DNA of 64,000 nt. Origin: Octopus sinensis (lineage: Eukaryota). The notes beneath the pieces were generated by a model. The model saw nothing but the letters and a program-made list of their open reading frames with translations. It was not told the DNA's origin and made no database searches. The position numbers were made by a program, and so were the translations under genes. Location: positions 28,148,001 through 28,212,000 of the forward strand of contig NC_042999.1 in NCBI RefSeq assembly GCF_006345805.1, given 5' to 3'. Shown here piece by piece: positions 28,970 through 41,660 of the stretch (position 1 is the stretch's first letter; the number at the start of each line of letters is the position of its first letter).

Positions 28970-29560
28970 TTGGCCAGTATTGGCCCAGGCCATGTCTAAC
29001 TTAATAGCACCACCTGGCGAAGTCTTTCAGTTCAGGATTTGGGCACCAAGGCCCATTCGAGCAGAGAGTTATTGTTTTTGCGGAGACATATCCGGGTGTG
29101 GGTGGTTTGTCCGGTACTGTTTGAAGGAATTTGTCCAAAGACTTCTTGAATTTTGTGTGGTCAGTTTCTTTTTTGACGTGTCCTGGTGTAATGTTGAAGA
29201 GAGCGGGTCCAATTGAGGTGAAATAGTTGTGCCGTATTGTCGTTATGTGATGCGATTTAGATTTTTGTTGTGGACGGATGGCACGTGGTCCAAGCCTTGG
29301 ATGCATTTTGAAGGTGATGCCAACATCATTCGGACAGTGCTGATGGAATATTTTCACATCATACAGATAATGTAGCGTTCACGGCGTCGTTGGAGTGAAT
29401 ACAATTTCAGCTTCTCTAGTCTACCCCAGTAGTCAAGATCTGACATGCCATCTATCTTTTTTGTGATTGACTTTTGGGGAGCCAATTCTCATAATATTTT
29501 GTTTTGTGTAGGGAGACCACAGTGGACAGCAGTATTCAAGGTGGGGTCGGGCAAAAGTGG
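28970..29560 (-). mobile_element. CR1/L2-group LINE 3' end
   Basis: [33 protein letters not shown] and FKKSLDKFLQTVPDKP. Confidence 0.8.
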
Positions 29561-29601
29561 AGAAGAGAAGGAATATATTATTATATTTATATATATATTT
29601 A

Positions 29602-29648
<47 letters not shown>

Positions 29649-29678
29649 ATATGTTGTATATATATATGTGTATATTTG

Positions 29679-29718
<40 letters not shown>

Positions 29719-29771
29719 TGTATGTATATATGTAAATATATATGCATATACATTTCTTTGTATATATAATT

Positions 29772-29810
<39 letters not shown>

Positions 29811-29971
29811 CTGTGTGTGTATTTATGTGTGTTTGTATGCAATTATATTAAGGATATCAAATCCTCTTAAAGGGATGTTACCATACAACTTCATCAGTTA
29901 TATCGAAAGCTGCAGTGAAAATCAAAGTTGTTAGTTTCACATAGATGGATAAGTTTATATAAATATTCTTG

Positions 29972-31848
29972 TATGAGAAAAAAAAAAAGAAATTGGAGAA
30001 ATAAATATATAGGAATGAATTTATTTGAACAAATTCGATTCAGTATAAAATCAAATTCTTTTCACCTACAGCTGTTTCCATACTCAATTCAATTTGAGGA
30101 ATTAAATTAATTTAAATTTTCATATCGAATATCGTAAATTGGGTATATATAAAACATGAAATCCAGTTTATTGTCATGTTCATAGGATAGTCTTAATAAG
30201 GTTAGGACTTGGATTCGTAGGAAAAAACGGACTAATTAAGAATAATTTAGTTGGAACCTTGTAAAACTTTTTTATAAACATTTTATCAAGGAGAAATAGA
30301 AATCATGATATAATTAACACCAGATTTCGCAGAGGTGCATTTCCGGTCTCTAATAACTTGGCTCAGATTGTTTCTTCCCTTAAAGAGTGAAAATTATCTG
30401 ATTTTTATAACAATAATCCCGTAATTAAATTCATCAATTATAATTCTCCTGGAAAAAATGTTAGTAATAAAGCGATTCATAATTCCTCTAATATACTAGG
30501 GGAAGCAATCCACATTAAATCCCATCTCAACCTGAAGAGTATACGTAACACTGTAAATAACAATTACACTGAATGTAAAGTTATAGATCAAAATAATAAT
30601 ACGAATAGTAATGATAATATACACGACGATTACTTGGTTAATATAACTGTTTATTTAAAAATCATTGCAAGCAAAAGAATTTAGTGTGTAGATGTAGAGT
30701 GATGTCTGAAGGTAAGAATTTCTTCTTACATCGGAGCAACGGAAAATTATGTAAGAAAAAAAAAAACGCATCTCTAATCACATTTTCACCATCAGTAAGA
30801 GAAACAATTCATTAGTAAATTTGTTTGGGAATTAAAAGTCAAGAATGTAATGCTTTTCTTTGTAGTGGAAGATTGTAAGTCAGGCTAGTACCTATAAATT
30901 TGGAAACGCTTTTTATTTTCTCTCACGGAGATACTTCTTCAAATCTTGTATCAAGGCGTCGACTCCCGAATGCGAGGTGGGAGACTAGTTTTTCATGTGT
31001 TCACGCCTGTAAATATGTCTTCACAAACTACCATTATATGTAATTTAAAGAATATATTAGGTATAATTGTAAGTTTACTGGAACTCTGAATCAGGCGGTC
31101 TCACTTGATTAATATGTTTACACCTGTAACTAATACAATTAAATTGTTCTTAATAAATATCTTATTAATATTAAAGTATAAATTAAATGGTTAATATGAT
31201 TATAAGGTTTTATGTACAGGTAACAGTAGTATATATTTGTTAAAGGTTACCGAAAATTTAATTTAGGCTTTTACTTTGAGAATATATGATTAATAGCTTA
31301 TGAATGGTTAATTAATTTAAATTAGAGATACAATGTATTAATTTAATATTAGCTTTAACTGTATTAATTTCTTAATTTGTTGATTTGATTTGTTAATATT
31401 TGTTTTCCTAGATTAGTTCGTTCATTTCTTTTCACATTATTGTGCACTAATATCAATGACGTAATATTCAGCTATGGTAATTGTTACACAGTTTTGATTC
31501 GTTATCATTTCGTAGCTTTCAATACTTTAACACACAAATACGCACAGACAAATAAGAATAATTACGGTTTTTTAAATACACCTGTTGCTAAAACTTATAT
31601 ATCTGAGTCTATCAAAAGTCAACCAACGCGTTCGAATGTTGCTCCGTTCTAAGAAATTCTCTCCCCTGACGAAATACCCAATTTACGATATTCGGTATGA
31701 ACATTTAATTTAATTTAATTCCTCAAATTGAATTAATTAGGTATGGAAACAGCTGGAGTTGTAAAGAATTTGATGTTATACTGAATGGAATTTGCTCAAG
31801 TAAATTGATGTCTATATATTAATTTCTCCATTTTCTTTTTTTCTTATA
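29972..31848 (+). mobile_element. Old 5'-truncated PLE with inverted pLTR and decayed GIY-YIG endonuclease (~30645-31030)
   Basis: Diverged inverted repeats at 29975-30146 and 31674-31846; interior peptides HCKQKNLVCRCRV..YIGATEN..RISNH..WKIVSQASTY..NARWE..CVH. Confidence 0.7.
31654..31771 (+). ncRNA. Hammerhead-like motif with large stem II insertion
   Basis: CTGACGA 31666-31672; atacc/ggtat stem II; GAAA 31746-31749; stem III cagct/agttg; TA; aagaattt pairs with aaattct upstream but is offset by ~5 nt. Confidence 0.55.
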
Positions 31849-32141
31849 TATGTGTATGTATGTTTTTATGTATGTATGTATGTATGTATGTATGTATGTA
31901 TGTATGTATGTATGTATGTATGTATGTATGTATGTATTATCTATGTGTATTATCTTTGTGACTGTGTTTGTCCCCACCATCACCACTTGACAACCTGTGT
32001 GGGTCTGTTTATGTTCTCGTAGCTTAGCGATTCGGCACAAGGGACCTAGACTTAAAAAAAATAAGCCCCTGGAGTCTATTTGTCGGACTAAAGCCTTGAA
32101 GGCGATGCTCCAGCATAGTCATATTCAAATGACTGAAAAAG

Positions 32142-32167
<26 letters not shown>

Positions 32168-32172
<5 letters not shown>

Positions 32173-32544
32173 GACTCTCCTATTGAAGATGACGTATGAG
32201 TTAGGGTATACAGGTCGTTAGATTTGCACGTGCTTCTAATGATATGTACTTCTCGGATTACAAAGGCTGCTTGCTGATGAGTCTAGCCTTGGCAGATCAA
32301 TTATATTCGTTTGCTAAAAAGAAGACGAAACTGCAGTACAAGATTAGCTGAGTTGGTAAACGTTTTTGATTTTCACTCCATTTCATGAATTTATCCCCTT
32401 TTTGTGTATCTAGTACTTGCTTCTTTATTTAGGGACCTTTTAATGTACTTATATATGAATAACATATAGTCTAATGACTAATTTGTCTTTTGTGCTTGAT
32501 CACTGGTAATAATAATTTATTTTATTACCCTATTTTACTATGTT

Positions 32545-32545
<1 letters not shown>
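32168..32545 (+). mobile_element. ~380-bp non-coding element (solo pLTR or retrozyme-like) inserted in (TA)n
   Basis: Unique sequence bracketed by (TA)n and centred on a canonical HHR. Confidence 0.6.
32265..32349 (+). ncRNA. Canonical type I hammerhead ribozyme
   Basis: cttg-CTGATGA(32274-80)-gtct...agac-GAAA(32327-30)-ctgcag-TA-caag; all core nucleotides present; palindromic stem III; GUA cleavage triplet. Confidence 0.85.
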
Positions 32546-32621
<76 letters not shown>

Positions 32622-32824
32622 ATATACGTAAATATATATATTACTCGTGTTGTCCCCATCTGCAGTACACGAGGCCTCCGTTGTAGTTGTATGTTATATA
32701 TGTGTATGTATGTTATATGTATGTGTGTGTGTTAGTATATGTACCTGACTTTACCCCACCCCCAACAGTGAAACGCATCGATTTTGAAACGTCACACTAA
32801 TGCATGCTAATTTATTTAGCAGGT

Positions 32825-33238
32825 AACTTATCTTGATGTTTGGTGATTACAAATCTCAAATTTCAAGAATATTTCTTGAGGTTCTTGCAGAATATAGAAT
32901 GGTACGAGCGTCCTCTGGCACTTCAAGAGCCAGCTATATTCGACATTGTTGAAAGCCGTGCTGCAATCTATCCAACAGCTAAATTCGTCTTCCTTACTCT
33001 CACACCTCATTTAATATTCTGCTATCTATATATATAGCAGATCAGAAGTCTCCTTTGATTTCTTGCAACATTTTTGTTCCTCTGGAAATAGATTCACCTT
33101 TTCCAGAAAATTATATACTCCATATACTATGAAACAAGTTAATACATTCCAGAGTAATGTTAAGCTAGTAATAAGTCTACAATTGCTTAAATGCCATCTC
33201 TTTTCTTTGTCCTTCTTTATCAATAATTTCGTTTGATC
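32825..33238 (-). mobile_element. RLE-type LINE RT N-terminal fragment
   Basis: SNCRLITSL (NYRPIT-like), LFPEEQKCC, DLLYI and CWIDCSTAFNNVEYSWL. Confidence 0.7.
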
Positions 33239-33667
33239 ACATGCTTACCACGAAAAAATCCTGTCTATCTGATCTCATGCATAGCTTATCACCGTCATTA
33301 GTTATTGTACTATGAGCAGATAGTATAACTTCTGCCTCATACCTAGATAAATTAGAAATACGGTTCACAAATATAAGTGCCTTATGCAGTAATATTGGAT
33401 TAAAAGTAGAATTATAACCTGAAATATCATATTGCATGAACTTATAGCTATTTTTATTTTCCAAACTTTTGAATCAACGAATATCATCCCAGTGCGTCAG
33501 ACCATAGCATACCTTTAATTATGGATCTTAGAGTTGTTAAGTTTCTATCTACTATATTTTAATAAATCTACCTACACCCGATTTAGATGGGCATATCAGC
33601 CTAACTGTTGAATCACCTTAAGGTTAATTTTATATATACATATATATATATAAATAAATAAAACATA

Positions 33668-33714
<47 letters not shown>

Positions 33715-33744
33715 GTACCTACCTCTACATGTATATATACACGC

Positions 33745-33941
33745 ATATATGAGTACAGGGCACCAAAAAACGTCGGACACAATGAGAAACGAAAACATAG
33801 ACACACACCCAAGGAACTGGACATTTTTCTTAAAAAACAAAAAAATAGAGTACAGGACAAATAACACAAGGAAAACCCTTCTTCAGTCGCCATGGTTTCA
33901 TCTACTCTACGTTTCGAAGGTGAAGGCGAGACGTATCTTCG
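33745..33941 (-). mobile_element. Probable PLE pLTR 3' fragment with the 3' half of an HHR
   Basis: Minus strand gaag...cttc-GAAA-cg-TA-gagt; the 5' core is cut off by (TA)n; flanked by TA tracts. Confidence 0.45.
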
Positions 33942-35216
33942 ATATATATATATATATGCAGGAAAATAGACAATGTATATGTTGCTTACAGTATTTGTTG
34001 ACTTATAGTTTCCCGGTCTTCTGGTTATAGCGTTCTTGTTACTGTTGTTGTAGATATGTATGAGGATAATGTAAGCATTGTGGTAGCAGTGATGGTGATG
34101 GTTTTCGTGGTGGTGGTGGTGGGTGTTTCGATAGTGGCTTTTAGTGTCGGCGGCGGGTACGAATCCTTTGGTTGTCAAAATTATCATCATGGTGGTGAAG
34201 ATTTTGTTTGCCATGATCCTCATTGCTATCCTCATCATCAGGATGATATGATGGTAACAGTGAAATCGAAAATGTTCCAATTGCTTTCTTAACGGATTCA
34301 TACGAGAACATATATGTACGTCAGATATTTCAACACACAACTGTGTATGTAAATTCGTACATCATATATATATATATATACATATATGTGTGTGTGTGTT
34401 TGTGTGCCAGTATGTATGTGTGAATGTGTATATGTATGTATTTATAAGTACATATATATTTGTAAGCGCTTAAGAATGTATGTTTATGCGTGTGTATACC
34501 TGTGTGTGCATGTGTGCGTATAACGAATAAGTATCTTTATATATAATTCCACACACACAAATATATATGTATATATAAGTATGTATATATATATATATAT
34601 ATATTTAGATATATATATATATATACCTTTGTATATTATATGTATATATATATATATATATATTAATATATATATATATATATACCTATGTATATATATA
34701 TATCTATGTATATATATATCTATATATATATCTATATATACATATATATATATAAAAATATGTATATATATACACATAAGATATATAATACTCCTGTTGT
34801 CCCCATCTGCAGTACACGACGCCTCCGGTGTAGTTGTATGTTATATTATCCCAAGTTATTCTAGCTTCATTCCGCCTTGTTATTCTTAAATAAATCATTG
34901 TATTGTGATAAAAACATAATATAAATACACAATGGAATTGTCCAAACTACTATTCGTATATTTTAGGATAATTTACCTTCCCTTCCGACTTGCTTGTTTT
35001 TCTTGAGTTATATTCTTCGTCAATATTTCGCTTCTGTAGTTATATTTATGCGCACTGCACGTGTTTGAGAGAGAGAGTGTGTGTGTGTGTGTGTGCGTGC
35101 GTGCGTGTGTGTGTGTCTGTGTGTGTATGTGAGTGCTTGTGTGTGTTTGTCGCTATGTATGTGTGTATACGATATCTATATCTATCTATCTATCTATTTA
35201 TATATGTATACATATG

Positions 35217-35308
<92 letters not shown>

Positions 35309-35422
35309 TATTATATACACCCCACACTCATATCATGGGTATATAGGTTTATATACATATATATATATACCTATATTTGCACACACATGTATACGTATAT
35401 ATACATAAATATACTTATATGC

Positions 35423-35455
<33 letters not shown>

Positions 35456-35932
35456 ATATATATATATATATATACATACATATATATATGCACACAGATA
35501 CACTCACACAAACACACACACTCACACTCACACAAACACAAAGACACACACACACACACACACACACATGCATATATATAACGCTAGTGTGCTTCCTTTC
35601 ATAGGATAAAATTTTCTGTACAAATATTATATTCCGTTCTCTCGCTCTTTATTTTACAGAGGCAAAGTACTGTAATAAGTCGGTTCTCTATCTCTAATAA
35701 CATATTTATATAGTATTAATGATATGGTGTTTGGTAATAACAGTAATAAAGTAGAATGTCTAAATATTTACTTTGTATCTATGTGTTCCTGAGAATGAGC
35801 GTGCTTGCCTCTGTGTCCCTTTGTTACTGTAAGCCAGCGTACAAGTATTTGAGTGAAAGTATATAAATCCATACAAACAAGATGGCATGAGATTTTAGCT
35901 ATACGAAATGTATAGATAGATAGACCAATATG

Positions 35933-36022
<90 letters not shown>

Positions 36023-36524
36023 ATATTATATCATATTATATTATATTATATTATATATATGTATTTATGTTATATTATATATATATATATTTATATAATA
36101 CAAAATGGGACAAGAACGCAAAACATCAGGACAGCTAGGTGATACAAAAAGGGACAATAAAATATCCAGATAGACGATACAAAAAAACAAGGACGGGTCA
36201 TTCGAAGCTTCTTTCCTCTGTCAAAAACTGGATCATCGTCGCAATCGCGGTTGATTATATATATATACTCAAAATAAGCAACAAGAATAACTTCGGTAAT
36301 TTGGTACGATCGTTTCACGCTACATCATATTATTAAATGTTGTAAGTATTACAACAGTTTTAAAATGATGAGCAATCATCAGCCATTAATAGAAGTTTTC
36401 CATTAATATATAGTTTTCATATCAATTGATAACCTTATAGAGAAGGTAGATATATAGACAAAGATGTCGATTTAAATTATATATATATATTTCTTTTTAT
36501 AGTTTCAGCTCAGAGCTATGGCCA

Positions 36525-37075
36525 TGGTGGTGCACATTCGTTTTGCTACACTGTTATTACTAAGGGCCTCCTCTAATATATGGCACTTGGTGAAGAATGG
36601 ATTTTGATATCGTTACCCTCATTTGCACCGCTTGCTCTGATGTAGGTTCATTTGGGACTCTAGACAGGAAGAGGTCCAGTTTCGACTTGAAAAATACCTA
36701 CATCAGCTTTGTGTAGGTTCCTAAGGCTCTTTGGAAGAGTATTAAAAAGCGGAGGGCTCCTGAAAGACAGGCTGTTGCAATAAATGGTCCTGAAGCACGA
36801 TGGCATTGCTGGGACATTTGTCACTGCAGTGTCAACCCGTTATGGCACTGGTGTAACTTTCAATGCCAAAATTTGGCATAATTCCTTCCAGGATCTTCCA
36901 GATGTATATTACTGCATACCTATCCCGCCTTCGCCCTAGGGAGTAGAGTCTTAGCTTTTTCAGCCTTTCCCAGTTGCTGAGCTGTTGCAATGAGACGATA
37001 TTCTTTGTGTGGCTTCGCTGGATTGTTTTAAGGTCCGCTGTTAATTTTACACTGTTGGGTAGCAATAATCCAGGC
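36525..37075 (-). mobile_element. CR1/L2-group LINE 3' end
   Basis: WERLKKLRLYSLGRRRDRYAVIYIWKILEG and FKSKLDLFL..VPNEP. Confidence 0.8.
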
Positions 37076-37234
37076 GGCTGAGAACGAATGTCCTCTAGAG
37101 GACCATCATCGTTTCCTTTTCCCTTGTTCTGAATGTTCTCAGGATCCATCCATCCAGTCGTTTGCACTTGGCCACCATCCTGGTTATGTGCACTTGGAAA
37201 GAGCATCGTCACTCATGTCGATATACTTATACAA

Positions 37235-37298
<64 letters not shown>

Positions 37299-37316
37299 CA
37301 TATATACATACATATA

Positions 37317-37359
<43 letters not shown>

Positions 37360-38534
37360 TAATTAATATATGTATGTATATATATATAATATATATACTA
37401 TATCTATGTATGCATATATATACATATATATATATATTTATATATGTATATATATTATATATATATATATTTATATATGTATATATATATTATATATATA
37501 TTTATATATATATAATATGTATATTTATATATATATATAAATACATGTGTATATACTTATATATATATAAATATATGTGTCTATATTTATATATATTATA
37601 TGTATATATATGTAAATATATATTAATATATGTATATTTACATATATATATATATTTATATACATACATACATATATATATATATACACTCACACACGCA
37701 CATACAAACGCGAAACCACATATATACTTGTATATGTATATATATGTATGCATATATCTATAAGTGTGTGTGTATGTATGTGTGTGTGCGCGTGTGTGTA
37801 TGTATAACACGTGTCTATATATGATATACATAATTCACCTATAATATACATAATGGATTTATGTATGTGCTTATGTCTGAGTGTGCCTGTGTTTATGTAT
37901 GAGTATGTGTGTACACTGGAAATATTCATATATGTATACACGTGTGTATGCGGGCTTTTATGTATGTGTGTATGCGCTTATCTCTACTTGTATGTCCCCG
38001 TTTTACTGATGCACGCCAGCTTAATTCTATTGTGTGAATATTTACATGTTTGTGAGCTTGGGTGTAAATACACTATAAATACTTTATATACAGATATTTC
38101 GTGATTAACTATGATACATCTCAAATTTGGAAGACTAACAGAACGTAATTGCTGCTGTATAATAAATAATTTCACTCTCCTTCCGCATTGAGTCCGTTTT
38201 CCTGTTAGTTAATTCAAAACATAAAGATTTTTTCCGCTACCTGAACTTAGAAACCTCGCTCACATATACGCATATACACACATGCACAAACAAACGCACA
38301 GACACGAATATAAGTACAGGGGTGGCGTATATTTTAAAGGAAAATATCAAAAATTGATAGTGACTTTGAAGTTTTAGTTGTTGCTGAGTACGTCAAACTG
38401 ATAGTCAAAGGAATCCATCGATCGATGAAAATATCAAAATTATTATCAGCGTTTCCTTTGTAGATATAAATGTAATAATCTAATTGGATGTACTGAATTA
38501 TCGTACAACGTGTGATATTTAAAAAAAAAATATA

Positions 38535-38935
38535 GGCGTAGGAGTGGCTGTGTGGTAAGTAGCTTGCTTACCAGCCACATGGTTCCGGGTTCAGTCCCAC
38601 TGCGTGGTACCTTGGGCAAGTGTCTTCTACTATAGCCTCTGGCCGACCAAATCATTGTGAGTAGATTTGGTAGACGGAAACTGAAAGAAGTCCGTCGTAT
38701 ATGTGTGTATATTTGTGTGTGTATGTTTGTGTGTCTGTGTTTGTTCCCCCAGCATCGCTTGACAACCGATGGTGGTGTGTTTACGTCCCCGTAACTTAAC
38801 GGTTTGGCAAAAGAGACCGATAGAGTAAGTACAAGGCTTACAAAGTATATGTCCTGGAGTCGATTTGCTAGACTAAAGGCGGTGCTTCAGCATGGCCACA
38901 GTCAAATGACTGAAAAAAGTAAAAGAGTAAAAGAG
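38535..38935 (+). mobile_element. SINE family B
   Basis: Match to 14985-15460. Confidence 0.9.
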
Positions 38936-39017
38936 ATGCATTAGAAACCTTGGTATTATATGTATGAATGTGTGTATGTATGAGTGTGCATGTTTGTGTG
39001 TATATATATGTACATAT

Positions 39018-39343
39018 GTGAAGGCCCGTGGCTTAGTGGTTAGGGCATTCGGCTCACGATTGTAAGGTCGTGAGTTCAATTCCCGGCGACGCGTTATGTC
39101 CTTGAGCAAGACACTTTATTTCACGTTGCTCCAGTCCACTCAGCTGGCAAAAATGATTTGTACCTGTATTTCAAAGGACCAGCCTTGTAACACTCTGTGT
39201 CATACTGAATCTCCCTGAGAACTACTTTAGGGGTACACTTGTCTGTGGATTGCTCAGTCACTTGCACGTTAATTTCACGAGCAGGCTGTTCCTTTCATCG
39301 TATCAGCTGGGACCCTCGTCGTCGTAACCGACGGAGTTCTCCT
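39018..39343 (+). mobile_element. SINE with a distinct tRNA head and a family C tail
   Basis: Head GAAGGCCCGTGGCTTAGTGGTTAG...GAGTTCAATTCCC and CCTTGAGCAAG; the 3' part from TGTACCTGTATTTCAAAG matches family C. Confidence 0.8.
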
Positions 39344-39455
39344 TGTATGTACATATATAATTTATATGTGACTGTGTGGTAAGAAGCTTGCTTCCCAACC
39401 ACATGTTTCCAGGTTCAGTTCCACTGTGGTAACTCGGACAGGTATATGCTTATAT

Positions 39456-39686
39456 AAGGCGGCGAGCTGGCAGAAACATTAGCACGCCGGGCAAAATGCT
39501 TAGCGGTATTTCGTCTGCCGTTATGTTGTGAGATCAAATTCCGCCGTGGTCGACTTTACCTTTCATCCTTTCGGGGTCGATAAATTAAGTACCAGTTACG
39601 CACTGGGGTCGATGTAATCGACTTAATACCTATGTCTGTCCTTGTTTGTCCCCTCTGGATTTACCCTTTGTGGGTAATAAAGAAAT
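39456..39686 (+). mobile_element. SINE family A (monomer)
   Basis: TSD AGGTATA(T/G)GCTTATAT at 39440-39455 and 39687-39702. Confidence 0.9.
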
Positions 39687-39824
39687 AGGTATAGGCTTAT
39701 ATTCAATTTGTCCAAGTTTTGGACATTCTGATGTTTGGTGGAAAAATGTCTTGTACACTCCACCACACAATATACCTGAAGCCAAGAAATACTGCTTTGA
39801 TGACCATAGGTTATATCCTTGTCT

Positions 39825-40214
39825 GGATGGAAACACTCCGTCAGTTACGACGACGAGGGTTCCGGTTGATCCGGATCAAACGGAACAGCCTGCTCGTGAA
39901 ATTAACGTGTAAGTGGCTGAGCACTTCACACACACGTGTACCCTTAACGTAGTTCTCGGGGATATTCAGCGCGACACAGAGAGTGACAAGGCCGGCCCCT
40001 TGAAATACAGGTACAACAGAAACAGGAAGTAAGAGTGAGAGAAAGTTGTGGTGAAAGAGTACAGCAGGGATCACCACCATACCCTGCCGGAGCCTCGTGG
40101 AGCTTTTAGGTGTTTTTGCTCAATAAACACTCACAACGCCCGGTCTGGGAATCGAAACCGCGATCCTATGACCGCGAGTCCGCTGCCCTAATCACTGGGC
40201 CATTGCGCCTCCAC
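39825..40214 (-). mobile_element. tRNA-derived SINE, family C
   Basis: Minus-strand head GGCGCAATGGCCCAGTG.TTAG...GGTTTCGATTCCC; TSD ATATCCTTGTCT at 39813-39824 and 40215-40226. Confidence 0.9.
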
Positions 40215-40484
40215 ATATCCTTGTCTAACAGTTGAAGGACAAGGCAATATCAAAAGTTATGTAATCAAATGATACAAAGATGCAGGAATGGTTGACAAAA
40301 CAACAGGTTAAAGGAATTTCGGAGGGAAATCCAACAAAACAATTTCACCTCGTCGTCATCGTCGTTGTCGTCGTCGTCGTCGTCGTCGTCCTCCTCCTCC
40401 TTCTCTTTTCCATCATCGCGTCGTCATCATCGTCCTCCTTCATCAATCCCCGTCCACCACCTCTTCCATCCCTCCCTCCCTCCC

Positions 40485-40584
40485 NNNNNNNNNNNNNNNN
40501 NNNNNNNNNNNNNNNNNNNNNNNNNNNNNNNNNNNNNNNNNNNNNNNNNNNNNNNNNNNNNNNNNNNNNNNNNNNNNNNNNNNN
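40485..40584. other. Assembly gap (100 N)
   Basis: Run of N. Confidence 1.
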
Positions 40585-40774
40585 ACAGAAAGAGTAGGGA
40601 TATTAATAGCGAATGTTAAATATAAAGGAAATTAAAGTTTAATTATATATAATGATAGAGACTACTTATATGCACTAAATGTGTGTTTTTGCCAATGATT
40701 ACATCTGTATGCTCGCTCTATAACCGTGTTTACACACACACACACACACACACCACACACACACACACACACAC

Positions 40775-40830
<56 letters not shown>

Positions 40831-40833
<3 letters not shown>

Positions 40834-41172
40834 CGAGATGTACTTGCATAGCAAATGACTTGAACCGAGATCTTGTTCCGAAGCAAAAACAATTGCAGGG
40901 TGGGAAAATATTTATAAGACATTAAGAACACACGCACATACAGAAAGTTAGATTCACTTCAACATTTAAATTTTATTTGTGTCAAAATATTTTGTCGCTT
41001 TGAAACCGCGACCTGTTCACTGACAAAACTTCAGCATGAAATTTTGTCAGTGAACAAGTTGCGGTTTCAAAGCGACGAAAATATTTTGACACAAATTAAA
41101 TTTAAATGCTGAAGTGAATTTAACGGCTTTTTGTCTGTTCAATGGTTTATAAACATCTTCCTTGCTGCAACT
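40831..41172. mobile_element. Fold-back (palindromic) non-coding element of two inverted pLTR-like arms
   Basis: Near-perfect arms at ~40944-41030 and 41036-41123, with diverged pairing continuing outward; flanked by (TA)n and (CA)n. Confidence 0.75.
41045..41091 (+). ncRNA. Variant minimal hammerhead with G3-C8 core
   Basis: tgtca-GTGAACA-a-gttgc ggtttcaaa gcgac-GAAA-atat-TT-tgaca; the antisense-arm copy (40980-41025, -) lacks the G of GAAA. Confidence 0.6.
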
Positions 41173-41258
41173 GTATACACACACACAACATACACCCACA
41201 CACACACACACACACACACACCACCACACCACATACAATATATATATACATATATGTA

Positions 41259-41290
<32 letters not shown>

Positions 41291-41660
41291 CTACATATAT
41301 ATATATATATATATATACAAATATATATACATATTATATATATACATACATATACATACACACACACACGCATATATATATATATACACGTATATTTGTA
41401 TGGTGTGTGTGTATACATATAAATAGATAATATAGTTATGTATATTTATAAATGTATACACACATGCATGCATATGGGTAGAAATGAAACGAATGCATAT
41501 ATATATATATAATGTTGTATTAGGAATAAAGGAAATTTAGTTTATTTAAAATGTGCTTGTGACACATTTAAACTTCTAAAGGTAAATTATCTACAGTTAC
41601 CAAGGTGAAAGATTTCTCGCTTATGGGTATGTTGTGAATCTACCTTTAGAAGTTAAAATA

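Noticed and set aside
26966-38104. Dozens of [12 protein letters not shown] ORFs
   Set aside because: They are translations of (TA)n and (CA)n microsatellites, which lack stop codons.
40130-40214. tRNA-like sequence (also at other SINE heads)
   Set aside because: It is continuous with SINE bodies bounded by TSDs and has no convincing acceptor stem, so it is not a tRNA gene.
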